In this document: positions 1 to 14,195 of the stretch, in pieces
How positions within the stretch are numbered: the first letter of the stretch is position 1
Layout of the letters: each line of letters opens with the position of its first letter
Assembly: GCA_964016885.1 (NCBI GenBank)
Contig: OZ024742.1
Span: forward strand, 134,354,001-134,418,000
Source of the DNA: Eledone cirrhosa
Lineage: Eukaryota
Length of the DNA: 64,000 bases
Direction of reading: 5' to 3'
Made by a program: the position numbers and the translations under genes
Notes under the pieces: model-generated
What the model was told of the DNA's origin: nothing
The model's input: the letters and a program-made list of their open reading frames with translations, nothing else
The model's database searches: none

Positions 1-1807
1 ATGAAGATTACCTCTTAGTGGCGAGAACATATTACAGTGTAAGAAGTCCCAAAACATTCAACGTCAGTAGTGTATCAACAGGGTGATAATACCCTAACAG
101 CGACATATATATATATACCTGCATAAATCCATTACATACTTGTATAAGCTTCTGATGATATCACATGGTGACTGTCAATGATTTAACCATTGCATGGTTA
201 TATATATCTCATGTTACAACGTTACAAAAAAAACATTCTGTAAAATTAACACTTACTTGACACTATGTTTGTTTTTGCTTGTTTGGTTGTATGTGTGTTG
301 GAATTGTGTGGCTTTGTGTGTGTGTAATTGATTATAATGCAATATTCCACTATTAACGTTGAAACAATCAATGACTGCTTAAGGCCTTCTGTATGTAATT
401 AATTCAAAATAATCGAAAAAGTTTCATATTTACCAGACGACAGAGTTGTTACTGTCAATTAGGAGCTGTTGGTATAAATCATTATTGGTAAAGAAGTGAT
501 GATAATCATGTATCTAAAAGCATTTACAGCTCCACAAGTATAGAGTAGTTTAGGTTATATAAGTGATTATTATGTAGTATTCCACTATTAATTGTGGTAA
601 AGTTTGGAAAATAATATGCGCTCTTAATGTTTTAAATATGTAGGAAATTAAAAATAATCGATTAATCTTCCAAAAGTTAAAGTTCCCTGCTGTTGAAGAG
701 CATGAGGCAAGCAGAGCATAAATATATAACCAAGGATTTACAAATTAAATACAACTTTAATATCTAGAATCTTTTCTATACATGTGATAATCTTGCATGT
801 TTTGAATTCCTTACTTGCTGCAACTATTCAGAGCGCATTGATCTTTTCATCCCTTACGAAAATAAATAGTGGGATATTCCATTATAATCACTTACATATA
901 CATAAACTTATACATAGTATATATAAAAATAAATTAATTAATTCATGAGTATTTAAATCGGTTACCCCCGAATGAACACTGGACTCACATGTGTATATAG
1001 AAGCTGCGATTAGAATCTTTTGAAAATAATCCTCAGGAGCTGGCACAAAGCACTCAATGAGATATCGATAAATCGATAAATTATAGCTCAGAGTAATAAA
1101 CATACGTCAAAGGAGTGACGAATTGAAAATTATGGCCGGATAAAAGTTGCCACAAATGCCATCACAACGACGAAAATAAAAACAGTTTGTATACGAACCC
1201 GGACCTGATCGATAGATACTATATAAATATCTTCGATTGGTTTCTGGGTATCCAAAATCGGCACTCCAGGTTGTGTAATATGCAAGTCAGTAATATATCC
1301 TAAGATCGAACGTGGGAACCCCTTTTTCAACAGGCATTTTGTTCTGTATATCAAGAGCTCGCCATGATGACTCTGCTGTCAGGCACTGTAGTATCAACTA
1401 TGGCAGCGGATCCCGTGTTCTTCCTAAAAAAAGGAGGAAGGTTCACACCCAGGTCTTTGGCGAGAAACTTCAAAAATGGGAACCAAGGAATCTATTCACA
1501 GCCTCCCAAATAAGCTCTCGACTATGTTATCGACCAAACAAAGATAAGTTTTAGTTTGATATCAAAGAACTATCGGTTTCTATGTATTAGCTTATGTAGG
1601 CTTACATCCTGCAGTATATATAATTATATGTGTAAATATTTGCCAGTTGGGTAGTGGTGTGGGTGTAGTCTTGAATTACCGACAGTGATAGAATAAACAA
1701 CATAGTGTAAAATCATTATCTTACATGGCATATATATATATTGAAATACACGTAAAGGCACATGTATATAAATCTAAGTATATATTTTACAATTATACAT
1801 GTTCATT

Positions 1808-1863
<56 letters not shown>

Positions 1864-1881
1864 CATATATATGTGTGTGTG

Positions 1882-1929
<48 letters not shown>

Positions 1930-2443
1930 TTGAATTGTCTGTGAGCGTGTATATGTGCATACTACGATCAATAATACATGTATCAATTAACCAACTTGAT
2001 TTTTATGACGATATATAATTTGTCTATTTTTTTTTTGTTTCATGTTTGTTGTTGTTTTTTTCAGGTAAACATGGGATGAATCTTGTAAAGCAATGTATAT
2101 TTTAATGATTTTCCTTTTGTCCATCCTTGTCCAATATTTTCTCATATTTATTCTATTTCAACACCTGCATAGTTTCTACCGAGAATATTAATAATGTATC
2201 TTGCCATCCATATTTACCATCAGTAGATGCAGCTGAAATATCGCCCTATCTGAACATGGTGATACACGTAAGCCATTCATTGAAAATATATGGATCTACC
2301 TTTAGAAGTAGCTGTGAAATCTCTCTCGAATCCTACTTTTTCTTCAATATCGGAAGATCTAATTCCCTAATATGTCTGCTCAATGAGTTTCGGCATAGGG
2401 TTGACCAATACCAACATTAACGAAACAAGGTAGTATCAATACC

Positions 2444-2444
2444 A

Positions 2445-2490
<46 letters not shown>

Positions 2491-2491
2491 T

Positions 2492-2537
<46 letters not shown>

Positions 2538-2668
2538 GCTACTACTACCACCACCACTACCACCACTAATAGTAGTTGCAGTACTACTATTACTACTACC
2601 AATACCACCACCACCACTACTACTACTACTTCTACTACTTCTACTACTACCACCACCACTACCACCAT

Positions 2669-2715
<47 letters not shown>

Positions 2716-2750
2716 TTACTACTACTGTTGTTGCTGCTGTTACTGCTGCT
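2444..2750. repeat. (CTA)n/(CCA)n/(CTG)n compound trinucleotide microsatellite
   Basis: Direct reading; it explains the poly-V, poly-S and poly-Y ORFs. Confidence 0.95.
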
Positions 2751-3320
2751 GCGCGAGTCTACGGCGAAGTATTCAAGTGGTGTTACTAGCTGTAAGATAT
2801 ATGTTACCAATATACCTCTAGTTATAACACCTCGCTTATAAAGTCTAAAAGCACATTCAATACGTTGGTCTAGACCAGAGGTTCTCCAATATGTTTTACC
2901 AATTGACCCGTTAAATATTCTGTTATCCTCGAGTAGAACTCTATAGCCATTCGATGATTAAAAAATGCGATTCTCACTTTTAATTAAATATTATTATGAA
3001 TTATTAAAATTACAATTATTAAAATATCCTGTGTATTGTAAAAATATAAACACTTTGTTGCATATGCACTTTATGGACTAACGAAATGTATATGGGAAAT
3101 GAATAATCAGTAAAACATTCATTGAAAGAATAACAGTATCAATGAAACAATACCAGAAATTAGTTCCTATCTCCTTCTCTCATATACATATATGTTTGTG
3201 TAGGCGTGTAAGCGTGTATATGTAAATATATGTATACATATATATATATATTTTTTTTTTTTGTGTGTATATATATATATATATATATGTTTGTGTATAT
3301 ATATATATATATATATAACA

Positions 3321-3512
3321 ATAATTGTTCTACTTTAGGCACAAGGCAAGCAATTACCCAGTGCTGCATTACTGGTACTTTATTTTATCGACCCCGTAAG
3401 GATAAAAGGCAAAGTCAACCTCGGCGGGATTTGAACTCAGATTGTAAAGGGACGTAACTATGCTGGAAAGCATGGCGTCCGACCCTCTACCGATACTGCC
3501 AATCCACCGCCC
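3321..3512 (-). mobile_element. tRNA-derived SINE with Nin/Deu-like core, near full length
   Basis: Minus strand: GGGCGGTGGATTGGCAGTATCGG (A-box-like), GAGTTCAAATCCC (B box), GCCTTT.ATCCTTACGGGGTCGATAAAATAAAGTACCAG core and an ATT-rich tail; many copies in the window. Confidence 0.9.
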
Positions 3513-4230
3513 TTATATATATATAATATATATATATATATATGTATATATGTATATAATATTATTTATACTTGTATATACATTATATATAATTATAAAC
3601 AGGAAAGGTCAGTAATTCATTACTACCTTATTACCAGTAAGAAAAATAGCTCAATGTAAATACATTAGATGTTTGACAGAGCAGGAATATAAATTACAGA
3701 ATAATCAAAACTATGTTCAAAACATTTTATTGCTATCGTTTGGAATCATCAGAGCACTAGCAAAGTTTAGACATATAATTAACTTCCTATTACACAGAAC
3801 AAGCATAAAGATATATAGATATTAATGTTGTCATCAACAGTGTCATATTTACAGAGTGGAGATGTCGAGGTCAGTATCAGTGGATGCGACATATATTATA
3901 AAAGAATAATATAACAATTAAAGAGGAATTGAGGCAGAGAGTTACATGCAAAACGAGGACATTAGCAGTGCATATGCAAGTGTATAGAAAGTGCAAATGT
4001 GTAGGCATGAACAGAATAGCTAGGTAGGAAACAAGCAATGGTACTAGGCATATATATTACAGTATGGCAAAGGTATCACATAAAAGCATATTAAGCAGAC
4101 AAATATGTTTGTGTATTAAAAGTAGTTTCTATGAAGTTTATGGTGGATGTAGTGTGATAATTGTTCCTGTAATGTGCATGGGGTGTGAGTATTAATATTA
4201 ATGTTTTCTTTCCATTATATTGGTTATATT

Positions 4231-4358
4231 ACGTCCCTTTTCGATCTGAGTTCAAATCCCGCTGAGGTTGACTTTGCCTTTCATCCTTACGGGGTCGATA
4301 AAATAAAGTACCAGTAATGTACTGGGTAATTGCTGGCCTTGTGCCAAAGGTAGAAACA
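4231..4358 (+). mobile_element. 5'-truncated SINE with 17-bp TSD
   Basis: B box plus core; ATTATATTGGTTATATT duplicated at 4214-4230 and 4359-4375. Confidence 0.9.
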
Positions 4359-5197
4359 ATTATATTGGTTATATTTTAGTGAATGTTTATAAGTAGTTAC
4401 AACTAGGTATTGTATATTGGTCCTATTACACTCTTATCCAGGGCTCGAGTTGTTCTAGAGTGATCTGTCTAACGGTTTAATTTTAGGAAGTGAATTAGAG
4501 ATCTATATTAAGGGGAGTTAATGTGAAAGGGGAGATGATTAGCCATTAATTTGTAAATAATAGAAAAAAATGTATCGTTGTTTACAGCGCCAATTGGTTA
4601 AATTCCTTGTGGTAACATACAATATATTATGTTATGAGTGAATCCCTTTTATATAATGCTATTTATTTATATATTTAATTTTAAACAATCACCCACTCCC
4701 TAAAATTTCTGCTAGGGATGGATGAGTAGCTCAAAACTCTTAATCTTCTTTGTGGCAAAAATCAAGGTCAATGTTGATGATTTCTTCTAAGAAAAAATAC
4801 CAAGATAGAGTTTTTAGAACCCCTGCGCCCCGGTTAGCTCTAAGGTCACCCAGCTTTTGAAACCAATCCCAGCCAAATCTTGTATCCACTATTCAAAGGG
4901 TCTCACAAAATAGTAGCAGCCACAACAACCCTCCCCAGCCTTCTCCCCCTCATTCCTCATCTCCTCTCCCCTCCTTCTTCTACCCTCTCCAGTCACAACC
5001 AAGCCATTTGCAGAGAAAGATGGACAGGTAAATTAAATTTCTTCTCTGAATGAACATGTATGTGGAAATCAATTTTTCTTCCCCTTTCTATTTTTGTTAT
5101 TATTATTATTTTCACTATTTGTATACATATGCAACTTAACAGTAATCTGCATATCTGCAATTGACAATGCTGAAACTAGTATTGTAAATAAATTAAT

Positions 5198-5280
5198 TGT
5201 TTCTCCTTTAGGCACAAGTCCAGCAATAACACCAGTTCATTACTGGTACTTTATTTTAACGACCCCGTAAGGATGAAAGG
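5198..5280 (-). mobile_element. 5'-truncated SINE with 18-bp TSD
   Basis: Core and tail only; TATTGTAAATAAATTAAT duplicated at 5180-5197 and 5281-5298. Confidence 0.88.
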
Positions 5281-5670
5281 TATTGTAAATAAATTAATGC
5301 GTTGATATTTCACTGCAATAATCTACTGAAAAAATATTTCTCTCTCCTGTGTTACTTTTCTACATTGTTGAATAGGAGATACACATTTAAATAATTTTGA
5401 AAACAATACAATGTACTAGAAAGAAATAAGATAACAAACGAATCGTACCTTAACAATTCTAATAATAATTTAGTTTAACTTAAATCTGCTTTCCAAAGAA
5501 GTCAACCCAAATCGATCCTGTAAGTCTCTCAGATGATTAGTCTTTGCTAATGGGTTTTTAACCCTGAAAATATTTGGGACTATTAAATTTGCTAACGTAA
5601 GTTTATCGCATTGACTTTAATGTTCTTTATAATACATTGTATGGTTTTCAAAATTATTTAGATTTGGTTT

Positions 5671-5708
<38 letters not shown>

Positions 5709-5829
5709 GTCTGTTCGTTCCTTACGCGAAATTGGTGTACGTGAACTCTCTTTAACGCCTCTTGAAAAAATATTATTAACTATTGACTTTGCACAATTAC
5801 CGCGCTATGATGCATGCCACTTTTAATTA

Positions 5830-5985
<156 letters not shown>

Positions 5986-8177
5986 GAGGATGTGGTGGTT
6001 TGTGTGTGAGGGTGTGTGTGTGCGTTTGTATGGGCAGAACGAATGCAGAGCTACATCACTGCTAAGACAAACACATAGGTGTATGTACTCTCCGATAACA
6101 CACGGCACATGTATATAGGCAAGTCACAGCAAGCCCCCAATAAATACACATCAAACCCCCTTTCCTCTACATGGTTTCATACCACTTTTATTCTCTCACG
6201 CCCAACACAACTCCCATCAAGCCCCAATGCTGCGCATCTATATCAACCAACTATCTGTGGAACTACAAACAGTCTACACCCCTATTCTACAATCTAACAA
6301 TTACAGAGTTCTCACACGCACAGGCACATTAAAACAGACACATACAATCAATACACATATATAGTCGCACTAAAGTCACAATATTAGACTGAGTAGCAAA
6401 ACACAATTGCTCCACTAATAGAGTGAACATCCAAATGCGGGAGCGAAGTCACGTACAAAAAGCACATACGCTGACATACACATACACAGACGCCCAAATG
6501 TATACATAAAGGCACCTAAAACCCAACGTGCAAGCTATTACTAATCACACTGACACCGATATGGACATGTAACCACAACACAATGTTGCCACACATACAC
6601 ATACATCCAGGAGGACGAGAATTATACATAAATGAAAATTCCAGTTTAGACGTGCGCAGGCGCATCATGCACATACACCGCAACAAATCTCGCCTGACTC
6701 CGAGAATATCAGCAAAGTCCATCCACAACCCTTTAAAAAAATAAATTCACGCTGTAATTTCCCCCTCCTCTCCGACCTACTTCACATATTCCTCCATCAC
6801 ACTACACGTCAATCACTATAAGATCGCTGTCTCTAGGATATTTTCCACGGACACGTTGGCTGTAGAACTAATCACTATTTTGCCACGTATCATTTCTTTT
6901 GATTTCTCTTTCACTAAGGAATGGTTTTACGAACTGCATGGGTCGAATCTTTTTAATTTGACATGTTTCTCCAAAATTTAATATATTTACTTTAAAAGCC
7001 AATTTTTTTTTCATGATCATGGGTATCTAATATACTTCCGTGTACCACTAAATTGCTATTTTTGTGTGGATCTCCAAAATTCTTATATGTCTCACCGCAA
7101 TCCATGTAGACGCCCCATTTGAGAAACAATGGTCCAGACCAAATTCAAATGCATAAAGAAATCCTCTATGCCTTCATATACAATTCTCACTCTTACTGCT
7201 ACTGCGTATAATGTTTCAGTGATATCCATATGAAATATTAACTGGAGATGTTCATGTGCATATCACAGAAACATTTAAACCATAGTGTATATACATGAGT
7301 TAACATCATGTATGACAGATAATATCTAGCCGCACTGTCAGGACTTTAAATTACGTACAGCATATTTTATTTACAACATTTAAACACAGGTATGTACACA
7401 GATTTTGTTACAAACAAAAACACAAGTTCTATTTAAATAATCTATATGAGAGCACACATATAATCGGACTTATAACAAATACACTTTTCTATATTTAAAT
7501 TGGGATTTTCTAACGTTAACTTCGCTACGCTGGTCGCTATGGAATCGGTTAGCCTTAGTATATACTGTCATAACAGTAATGTAACTCCATTTCAATTTAA
7601 ACATTATTTAATCAAAATCGTTTTATGAGCATCATTACTGTTGTTCAACGAGCGAAAATTTAGATGAGGTAATAACTAGAATAAAAATGTGTCGGATAAA
7701 ATATACGCTAGACACACTACGAGAAGAAAATTAACGAGATTCAACACACTAACGTTGACACTAAATTTAGAAGTATCTTGTTATGCGTGTCAAACCACAA
7801 TTTGCAATCCTCTCGTTATTAAGACAATATTAAATATTCTACGGAAGCAAGCGAAGCATTGACAGCCAGTTCATCGTGTCAATAAAGATATGCAAATCCA
7901 ATTTCTGAGAAAAGCGTCTTCTCCTTTGTTTCATTATTTTCGAAAGAATCTGCTCATCAAGAGGAGCCTCGGAAGAAAAGGTACAAATCTTGTATATTAG
8001 TTTCTCCCAAACCACTATTTTTGTTTAAGTTTTGTCTCGTTCCATCCAATAAACTATATATGTTGTAGAAATGATTTCTATTATGATTTTCTATTCAATT
8101 TCGACGTAGTCTTCCCACATCTATACGTGGATGAGTATATATACATAAAACAAACACACACACTCTCTCTCACACAG

Positions 8178-8269
<92 letters not shown>

Positions 8270-8283
8270 TTGTATATATGGCT

Positions 8284-8360
8284 GCTATAGGACAAAAACT
8301 GTATCATTCAAAATATGTCAAGATGATTTATTTTGAATGAAACAGTTCTAGTCCTATAGA
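8284..8360. repeat. Short fold-back of a repeat family also at 26840-26870 and 45375-45460
   Basis: CTATAGGAC...GTCCTATAG arms; the motif GAATGAAACAGTTCTAGTCCT is shared with the other loci. Confidence 0.65.
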
Positions 8361-8595
8361 CGCCATGTATATATTAAACTTGTTGTTTATAGCAAAATAA
8401 TAAAATTAAATTTTCATAAAACCCCAACTACAAGTGAAGTCATTGTGATCATTTTTTTTTGAAATATACCTAACGGTACTAAGAATATGACACATTTTCC
8501 AACACATATATATATATATTGTTATACTTTGGGAGGGTCATGTTGCCAATAAAATCAGAAATGATATATATATATTTATTAAAATAACAGATTAA

Positions 8596-8646
8596 AGTTT
8601 AAGCAAATAATCGCTGCTTTCACCCTTAACGGGATCTTCTGAAACT
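8596..8646 (-). ncRNA. Hammerhead ribozyme-like motif (U4A variant), mirror copy
   Basis: Minus strand: AGTTT-CAGAAGA-T-CCC GTTAA GGG-T-GAAA-GCA...TGC-TT-AAACT. Confidence 0.55.
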
Positions 8647-8956
8647 AAAAAAATCAATCTGTGAACACAGAAGTAAATATTTCGAAAAACGTTGCAACCG
8701 AAGTAAGACAGGAAGAAGATACTTTGGATTCGTGGAAACGTTCCCTGGCAAAGAACGAAAAAAAACCCGAAGATAATACGTATATATATATATATATGTA
8801 TGTATATATATATATATATATGTATATATATGTATATTATCAATCCTTCTATGTTTGTTTACTTGTCTCGCACGCTTTACGCGATTTACTTGTCCCAATA
8901 GCTTTATTTACCTATTGCTCGCACCAACCTGAGGTATATGATTTTTAAAGCGATGA

Positions 8957-9140
8957 AATACCAATGAAGGTTGGTAAATCACTGACGAAGGACTATTTTT
9001 ATCATATGTAACCCATGTGGAACCACGCAGTATTCTTTCTTCTCATGTTTTTTTATATATATTTACCTCGGCTGCGTTTGTCTGTTTCTCTCTTACTGCT
9101 TCCCCGCTCTCTCTGTTTCTCTCACCTTCTTTCGCCCCCT
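8957..9140 (+). repeat. Dispersed repeat, same family as 47644-47740 and 48100-48268 (opposite strand)
   Basis: Shared ATACCAATGA.GGTTGG.AAATCACTGACGAAGG.CTATTTTTATCATATGTAACCC...ACGCAGTATTCTT. Confidence 0.8.
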
Positions 9141-9621
9141 CTCTCAGTTACACTTTGGAGCGGTGAAAACAATTACACGCAAAGACAAAACCACGTTCAT
9201 GGTATAAATGAAGTCGTAGACTAATATTCTATTAGGTGGTTCGTGGGGACGTTCTCTGGCAATTAACGGGAAGAACGAAGATAATACGTCATTATGTGGT
9301 GCGGATGAACAATTAAGCGCAAAGACAATACCACGTTTACGGTATAAATTAAGTCGTACACTAAAATTCTATTTAGGAAACCGAATAATTCCCGGCTTCA
9401 GAGTTAAGAATAATGTAAATAAATTGAAATCAATAAAAATTAAATATATAGATGCACGCATCCATATACGTACATACACATGCACACGCGGAAACACCCG
9501 CCATGGGTATGCAAATACAGGCACGTACACAAAACCACGCGCACACATACAAAAACCCACGCAACGCCACTACCTGCAAACATACGAACGTTTACACCAA
9601 ATACACATAAAACATAAATAA

Positions 9622-9680
<59 letters not shown>

Positions 9681-10357
9681 CATGTGTGTGTGTGTGCGCG
9701 CGTATGCATATAATTATATAAACGTATATAAATATACACACATAAATACGTATATAACGCGGGCGCACCAACACCAACATGTAAATACACATTTATTCGC
9801 TAAACGTACGTCAACCAAAGCACAAAGTACACATATACACACACCAAACATATGTGCAAACCCGCACACACACAAAAGCAAACTCACGTACACACATAAT
9901 CATATACATCAATAATTACTACTCCTCTATCACGTTCACTGCCCCTATCCGGGAAATGCCCATCTAGTAACATTGTCTACAAATGTAAGGTTGAGACACC
10001 CACATCCCGTAGGGCCTACATAGGGTAAACCGCCAATAAATTCAAGACGCCTCTTTACATCCATAACCATTATTTTCTTAATGACGTATTATCTTCGTAT
10101 TTTCCGTTTATTGCCAGGGAACGTCTCCACGAACCACCAAATCGAATATTAGTCTACGATTTCATTTATACCATAAACGTGATTTTGTCTTTTCGTGTAA
10201 TTGTTTTCACCGCTCCAAATAATGACGTATTATCTTCTTTTTTGTTCGTTCTTTGACAGGAATATGTTTTCACGAACCAAAGTATCGTCTTCCTCTCTTC
10301 CTTCGGTTGCAACGTTGTTCGAAATATTCACTTCTGCGTTCACAGATTGATTTTTTT

Positions 10358-10408
10358 AGTTTCAGAAGATCCCGTTAAGGGTGAAAGCAGCGATTGTTTG
10401 CTTAAACT
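10358..10408 (+). ncRNA. Hammerhead ribozyme-like motif (U4A variant)
   Basis: Stem I AGTTT/AAACT, core CAGAAGA, stem II CCC/GGG, GAAA, stem III GCA(G)/(T)TGC, CUU triplet. Confidence 0.58.
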
Positions 10409-10512
10409 TTAATCTGTTATTTTAATAAATATTTACTCTACGGTTCCTATATATTTTTATATATCTATCCTTATCGAGCCCTCTGGATTTTAGTCTTCAA
10501 ATATATTATTAT

Positions 10513-10596
<84 letters not shown>

Positions 10597-10600
<4 letters not shown>

Positions 10601-11150
10601 TAAAAGAATGAAATAACAATTCAAGTCATTAGAAATGTATGTCACTGCTTTACGATCGTTTCTAGGTGATAATAATACATTGTACGCATATTTCGTTATC
10701 GATCTATGTAGGGTTAGTTACAGAACATCACATAAGGAATATATTTACTTACATGTATATTATCAGCCGTTGTCAAATTCAATGAACATTTTATTCAAAA
10801 TTAATAGTAAATTGAGTTCTATAATCTTAGTTGGAGGTAGCTGAAGAACAAACCAATCAAATTGTTTTTTTCTCATATGATGTTAAGATGAAAAATAACT
10901 CACTTTAGTTGAGGTCATGACCCTTTGAAAGGAATGGTTGAATTGTGTTAAAAATAGAATTACTATAAAGAACATTGAGGAAAAAGGGATTGTTGAATGT
11001 AGGTTCTTTATAGTAATTCTTTATAATGTAGGTTCTTTATAGTAATTCTTTATAATAACACCATTCAACCATTCCTTTCAAAGCGAGTTGTTTTTCATTT
11101 TATAGTATATTTCTAATGACTTGAATTTTTATTTCATTGTTTAAACTTTT
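10597..11150. repeat. Degraded fold-back element next to (TA)n; family also at 53200-53345
   Basis: 10597-10640 and 10888-10975 are reverse-complemented at 11105-11150 and 11030-11098. The minus strand has GAAA-CGATCG-TA near 10650-10662. Confidence 0.7.
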
Positions 11151-11297
11151 ATCATAAACATCCTTTTGATGTTTTATTGTTTTCCGGGATTAACCTACAA
11201 CATTTTCAACATATGGATTACATTGAATTCTTCATGCAGACTAGACCCCACAATTAACCGTGGATATTTCTGTGTGTGTGTATATATATATATATAT

Positions 11298-11542
11298 AAA
11301 TGATGGGAAAGTTTTGTGAATTAAATTATTGTAAATGGAAATAGACCAAGAGCCGAGATATTACGAAGGTGAGATCGCCAAATATAGTCGAATGTACAAT
11401 AACGTTTACCTATAATGTACAACATTATATGTAAAAGTTATTGTACATTCGACTATATTTGGCGATCTCACCTTCGTAATATCCCAGCTCTTGGTCTATT
11501 TCCATTTACAATAATTTAATTCACAAAACTTTCCCATCATTT
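11298..11542. repeat. Long hairpin, 121-bp arms with 3-nt loop
   Basis: Arms 11298-11418 and 11422-11542 are near-perfect reverse complements with a few mismatches; the left arm abuts (TA)n. Confidence 0.95.
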
Positions 11543-12156
11543 CCATTAAACCTATATCTGCAAAATTACAATACATTTCTTTGCTTGATTTCTTTACTTA
11601 TCTAGCAATCTATGTCCGGATTAATATTAGGATTCCCATTTTTATGTTGGCATTATTGTTGTTAATGTCCAGCAATATATACATTGTAAAATATACATAA
11701 ATATATAGATGACTGGATATGTAGAAACGTAGATAGTTAAATACATTATTAGTGAGGGAAGGTAGATAGATCAGTATATTAGTTAGGCAGATAACATGGT
11801 AGATGTTTAGACAGAGGGTTAGTCATTTAGGGCAATGTTGCTAATAGATACGTTAGCCACCCTATATTAATATATTGTTGAATAACCTGCATAAATATAA
11901 TATCAAATGGAGAATGTAGTATCTTTTTTGAAATTTTGCTAAAATGCGACGAAGATTTAGAAGCTTGAAACATAAATAGCCATGAATTGTTATGGAAGTC
12001 AATTCATAAGGAATACTGTTCGTCATTTCTTCTGAGTATATCAATTCTATGATGAAAATAACGAGAAGTGAAATCAGGATGAAATTTATCACAATTTTAT
12101 AGTATTTGTTTCACTAAGAATTTGAATAGTATCAATTCCTATAATGTTTCCGATTA

Positions 12157-12268
12157 TCAAATCCCGCCGTGGTCAACTTTACCTTTCATCCTTACGGGAT
12201 CGATAAAATATAGTACCAGTAATGTACTGGATAATTGCTAGCCTTGTGCCAAATGTAGAAACGATTAT
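12157..12268 (+). mobile_element. SINE fragment
   Basis: TCAAATCCCGCCG...CCTTTCATCCTTACGGGATCGATAAAAT...GTAGAAACGATTATT. Confidence 0.85.
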
Positions 12269-12601
12269 TTAAATAGAATAATTTCCTTTAAATTTCTTAT
12301 ATTTATCCTTAGAATTCTATTGTGTTTTAATGTATGTAAGCCAAAAGGAACAATAACATTAGATTTTAGATTTTGATGTGACAAAAGAAACTATATATTA
12401 CAATATTATTAAAGGAATAATTAGCATTTGCAACAAACATGCTTAGTTAGAATTAGAAAAAATATAGACGCAATATCAACATGAAAAATATAACTCCTTG
12501 TTATAACATAAATAGGACGAGTGTACAAATATATATACACAGTTGCTCATAAATTCACGCATTCTCGCATACACATACACACACATGGATACATTCAAGC
12601 A

Positions 12602-12720
<119 letters not shown>

Positions 12721-12725
12721 CTGTG

Positions 12726-12766
<41 letters not shown>

Positions 12767-14130
12767 TCAAAGAGAAAGTGAGGAATGGAAGATGGTTATT
12801 AATGGATATATTGTGAATTGAATTTATAGGAAAACACATAATATCCTCCAAATACGGAAATAAAAAAATAATAATAATAACTAAAAAAATAAGCAGAATG
12901 ACGATTGAAAGCTTTTCTCCAGTAGCAACACATTCTAAGATAATGCTGTAATGTTTATTGGGAAAATTAAATTTAAAAAAGATATTTACATGGCGTACAC
13001 AACACAGCTGTTTAGTTGTTGATGTGAAAACAGTGTTTTCATTGCAAATATTCCATTCGCATTTTAATTATACAATTTTTTAGAAATATTTATTCCAGAA
13101 TTAATTTCAATGAATCTGTTTGTGTGTTTAAAGTTTACATTGTTCGTATTTGTCTATACATATAAGCGTGTGTATGCTGTTTGTTTGTCGGTCTTTGTGT
13201 GTGATTGTGCGTGTATTTGACAGTTTCTATTTTATAGAATTAGTTTAATATTAGAAATATTGATTCATCTCTTGTGTCTGTAAACACTAGATAGAATTGT
13301 GTCAGAAATTGTTATATATTACAGACATGGCACCTGGATAGACAAACTTCAACAATATATGTATTCGTTTATTATATCATTGGTTTCTGCTTTTGCACTC
13401 TTGCCAGCCTGGAACCCTATGTGTTTGACGATTATATCAAGCCCTGTAATTCTTCATATGAAAGTTGTCAATTGGAAAATAAAAGTTATTTGAAAGGGAA
13501 TACATTTTTCAACCCTAAATAATGCTTGTTATTTGTTTTCGAATGCAGCATTTATATTTACAAATTGTTAATATTCTACACACAACCCAATGAATAAAAC
13601 GTTCCATGTAAAATGTCTCCATATTCTCCCCTACTAAATGTATGTAACACTATTATTTGTCACCATTTGATACGGCAAAGGACAGTTACAAATGTTCCAC
13701 GAAATTCCATTTTTCTTAACAAAAAATACATTTAGTAACTTGAGCTTAAGGAGCATGTCTAAAATATCAATAGGAAAACCTAAGTTTTAATATTCGACAC
13801 CAGGTTACTTAAACCTCCAATTACACCCATTAAAATCTGAATACAGAAAAATATGGACCAACTGGTCATCCAGCATAATGAAAATATAAGAACGACGAGA
13901 CATGGTTATCGCAAGCTGAAAATTTGAAGTTTAATGTAATAAATATACAACAGGTGCACGTTACAACTTATTTCACTCACTGTGGCAATGAAGCAGTAAA
14001 CTAACTAAAATAAAAAAATAAAGCTCTTTTATAACGCTTTGTTACGGGGCGGGACGAAATGAAGACGGACCATTATCTCAAGTCTCAAGTCCTACCAGAA
14101 ACTGTAGTGTATATTTTTTTAAACACGGTG

Positions 14131-14195
14131 TAGATAAAATAAACTACATGTAATGTACTGGGTAATTGTTGGCCTTGTGCCAAAAGTAGAAACAA
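14131..14195 (+). mobile_element. SINE 3' fragment
   Basis: GATAAAATAAA...GTAATGTACTGGGTAATTGTTGGCCTTGTGCCAAAAGTAGAAACAA. Confidence 0.75.

Larger units (their letters stand above)
8572..10432. mobile_element. Inverted pair of PLE-like terminal repeats with internal ~140-bp subrepeats and later insertions
   Basis: 8572-8780 is the reverse complement of about 10225-10432, and 9155-9290 of about 10078-10220, with scattered mismatches. Related pieces lie at about 41820-41860 and 62848-62935. Both ends are near (TA)n. Confidence 0.75.

Noticed and set aside
148-180. CTGATGA followed by a small hairpin (TCAC ATG GTGA)
   Set aside because: GAAA is missing; at most a deleted hammerhead relic. Similar incomplete relics at about 3733-3756(-), 19045-19065(-), 48320-48345(-) and 56735-56800(-) were not called.
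888-1554. Three short ORFs in moderately complex sequence
   Set aside because: No recognisable motif and no consistent splice structure.
3321-3512. tRNA gene suggested by A and B boxes
   Set aside because: No cloverleaf; it is the tRNA-derived head of a multi-copy SINE.
9944-9967. Possible Helitron 3' end (GGGAAATGCCC...CTAGT)
   Set aside because: The hairpin is weak and I could not identify a matching 5' end.
9155-10260. Repeated ~140-bp units as a CRISPR-like array
   Set aside because: Eukaryotic context, no unique spacers of regular length and no cas genes; these are internal subrepeats of a mobile element.
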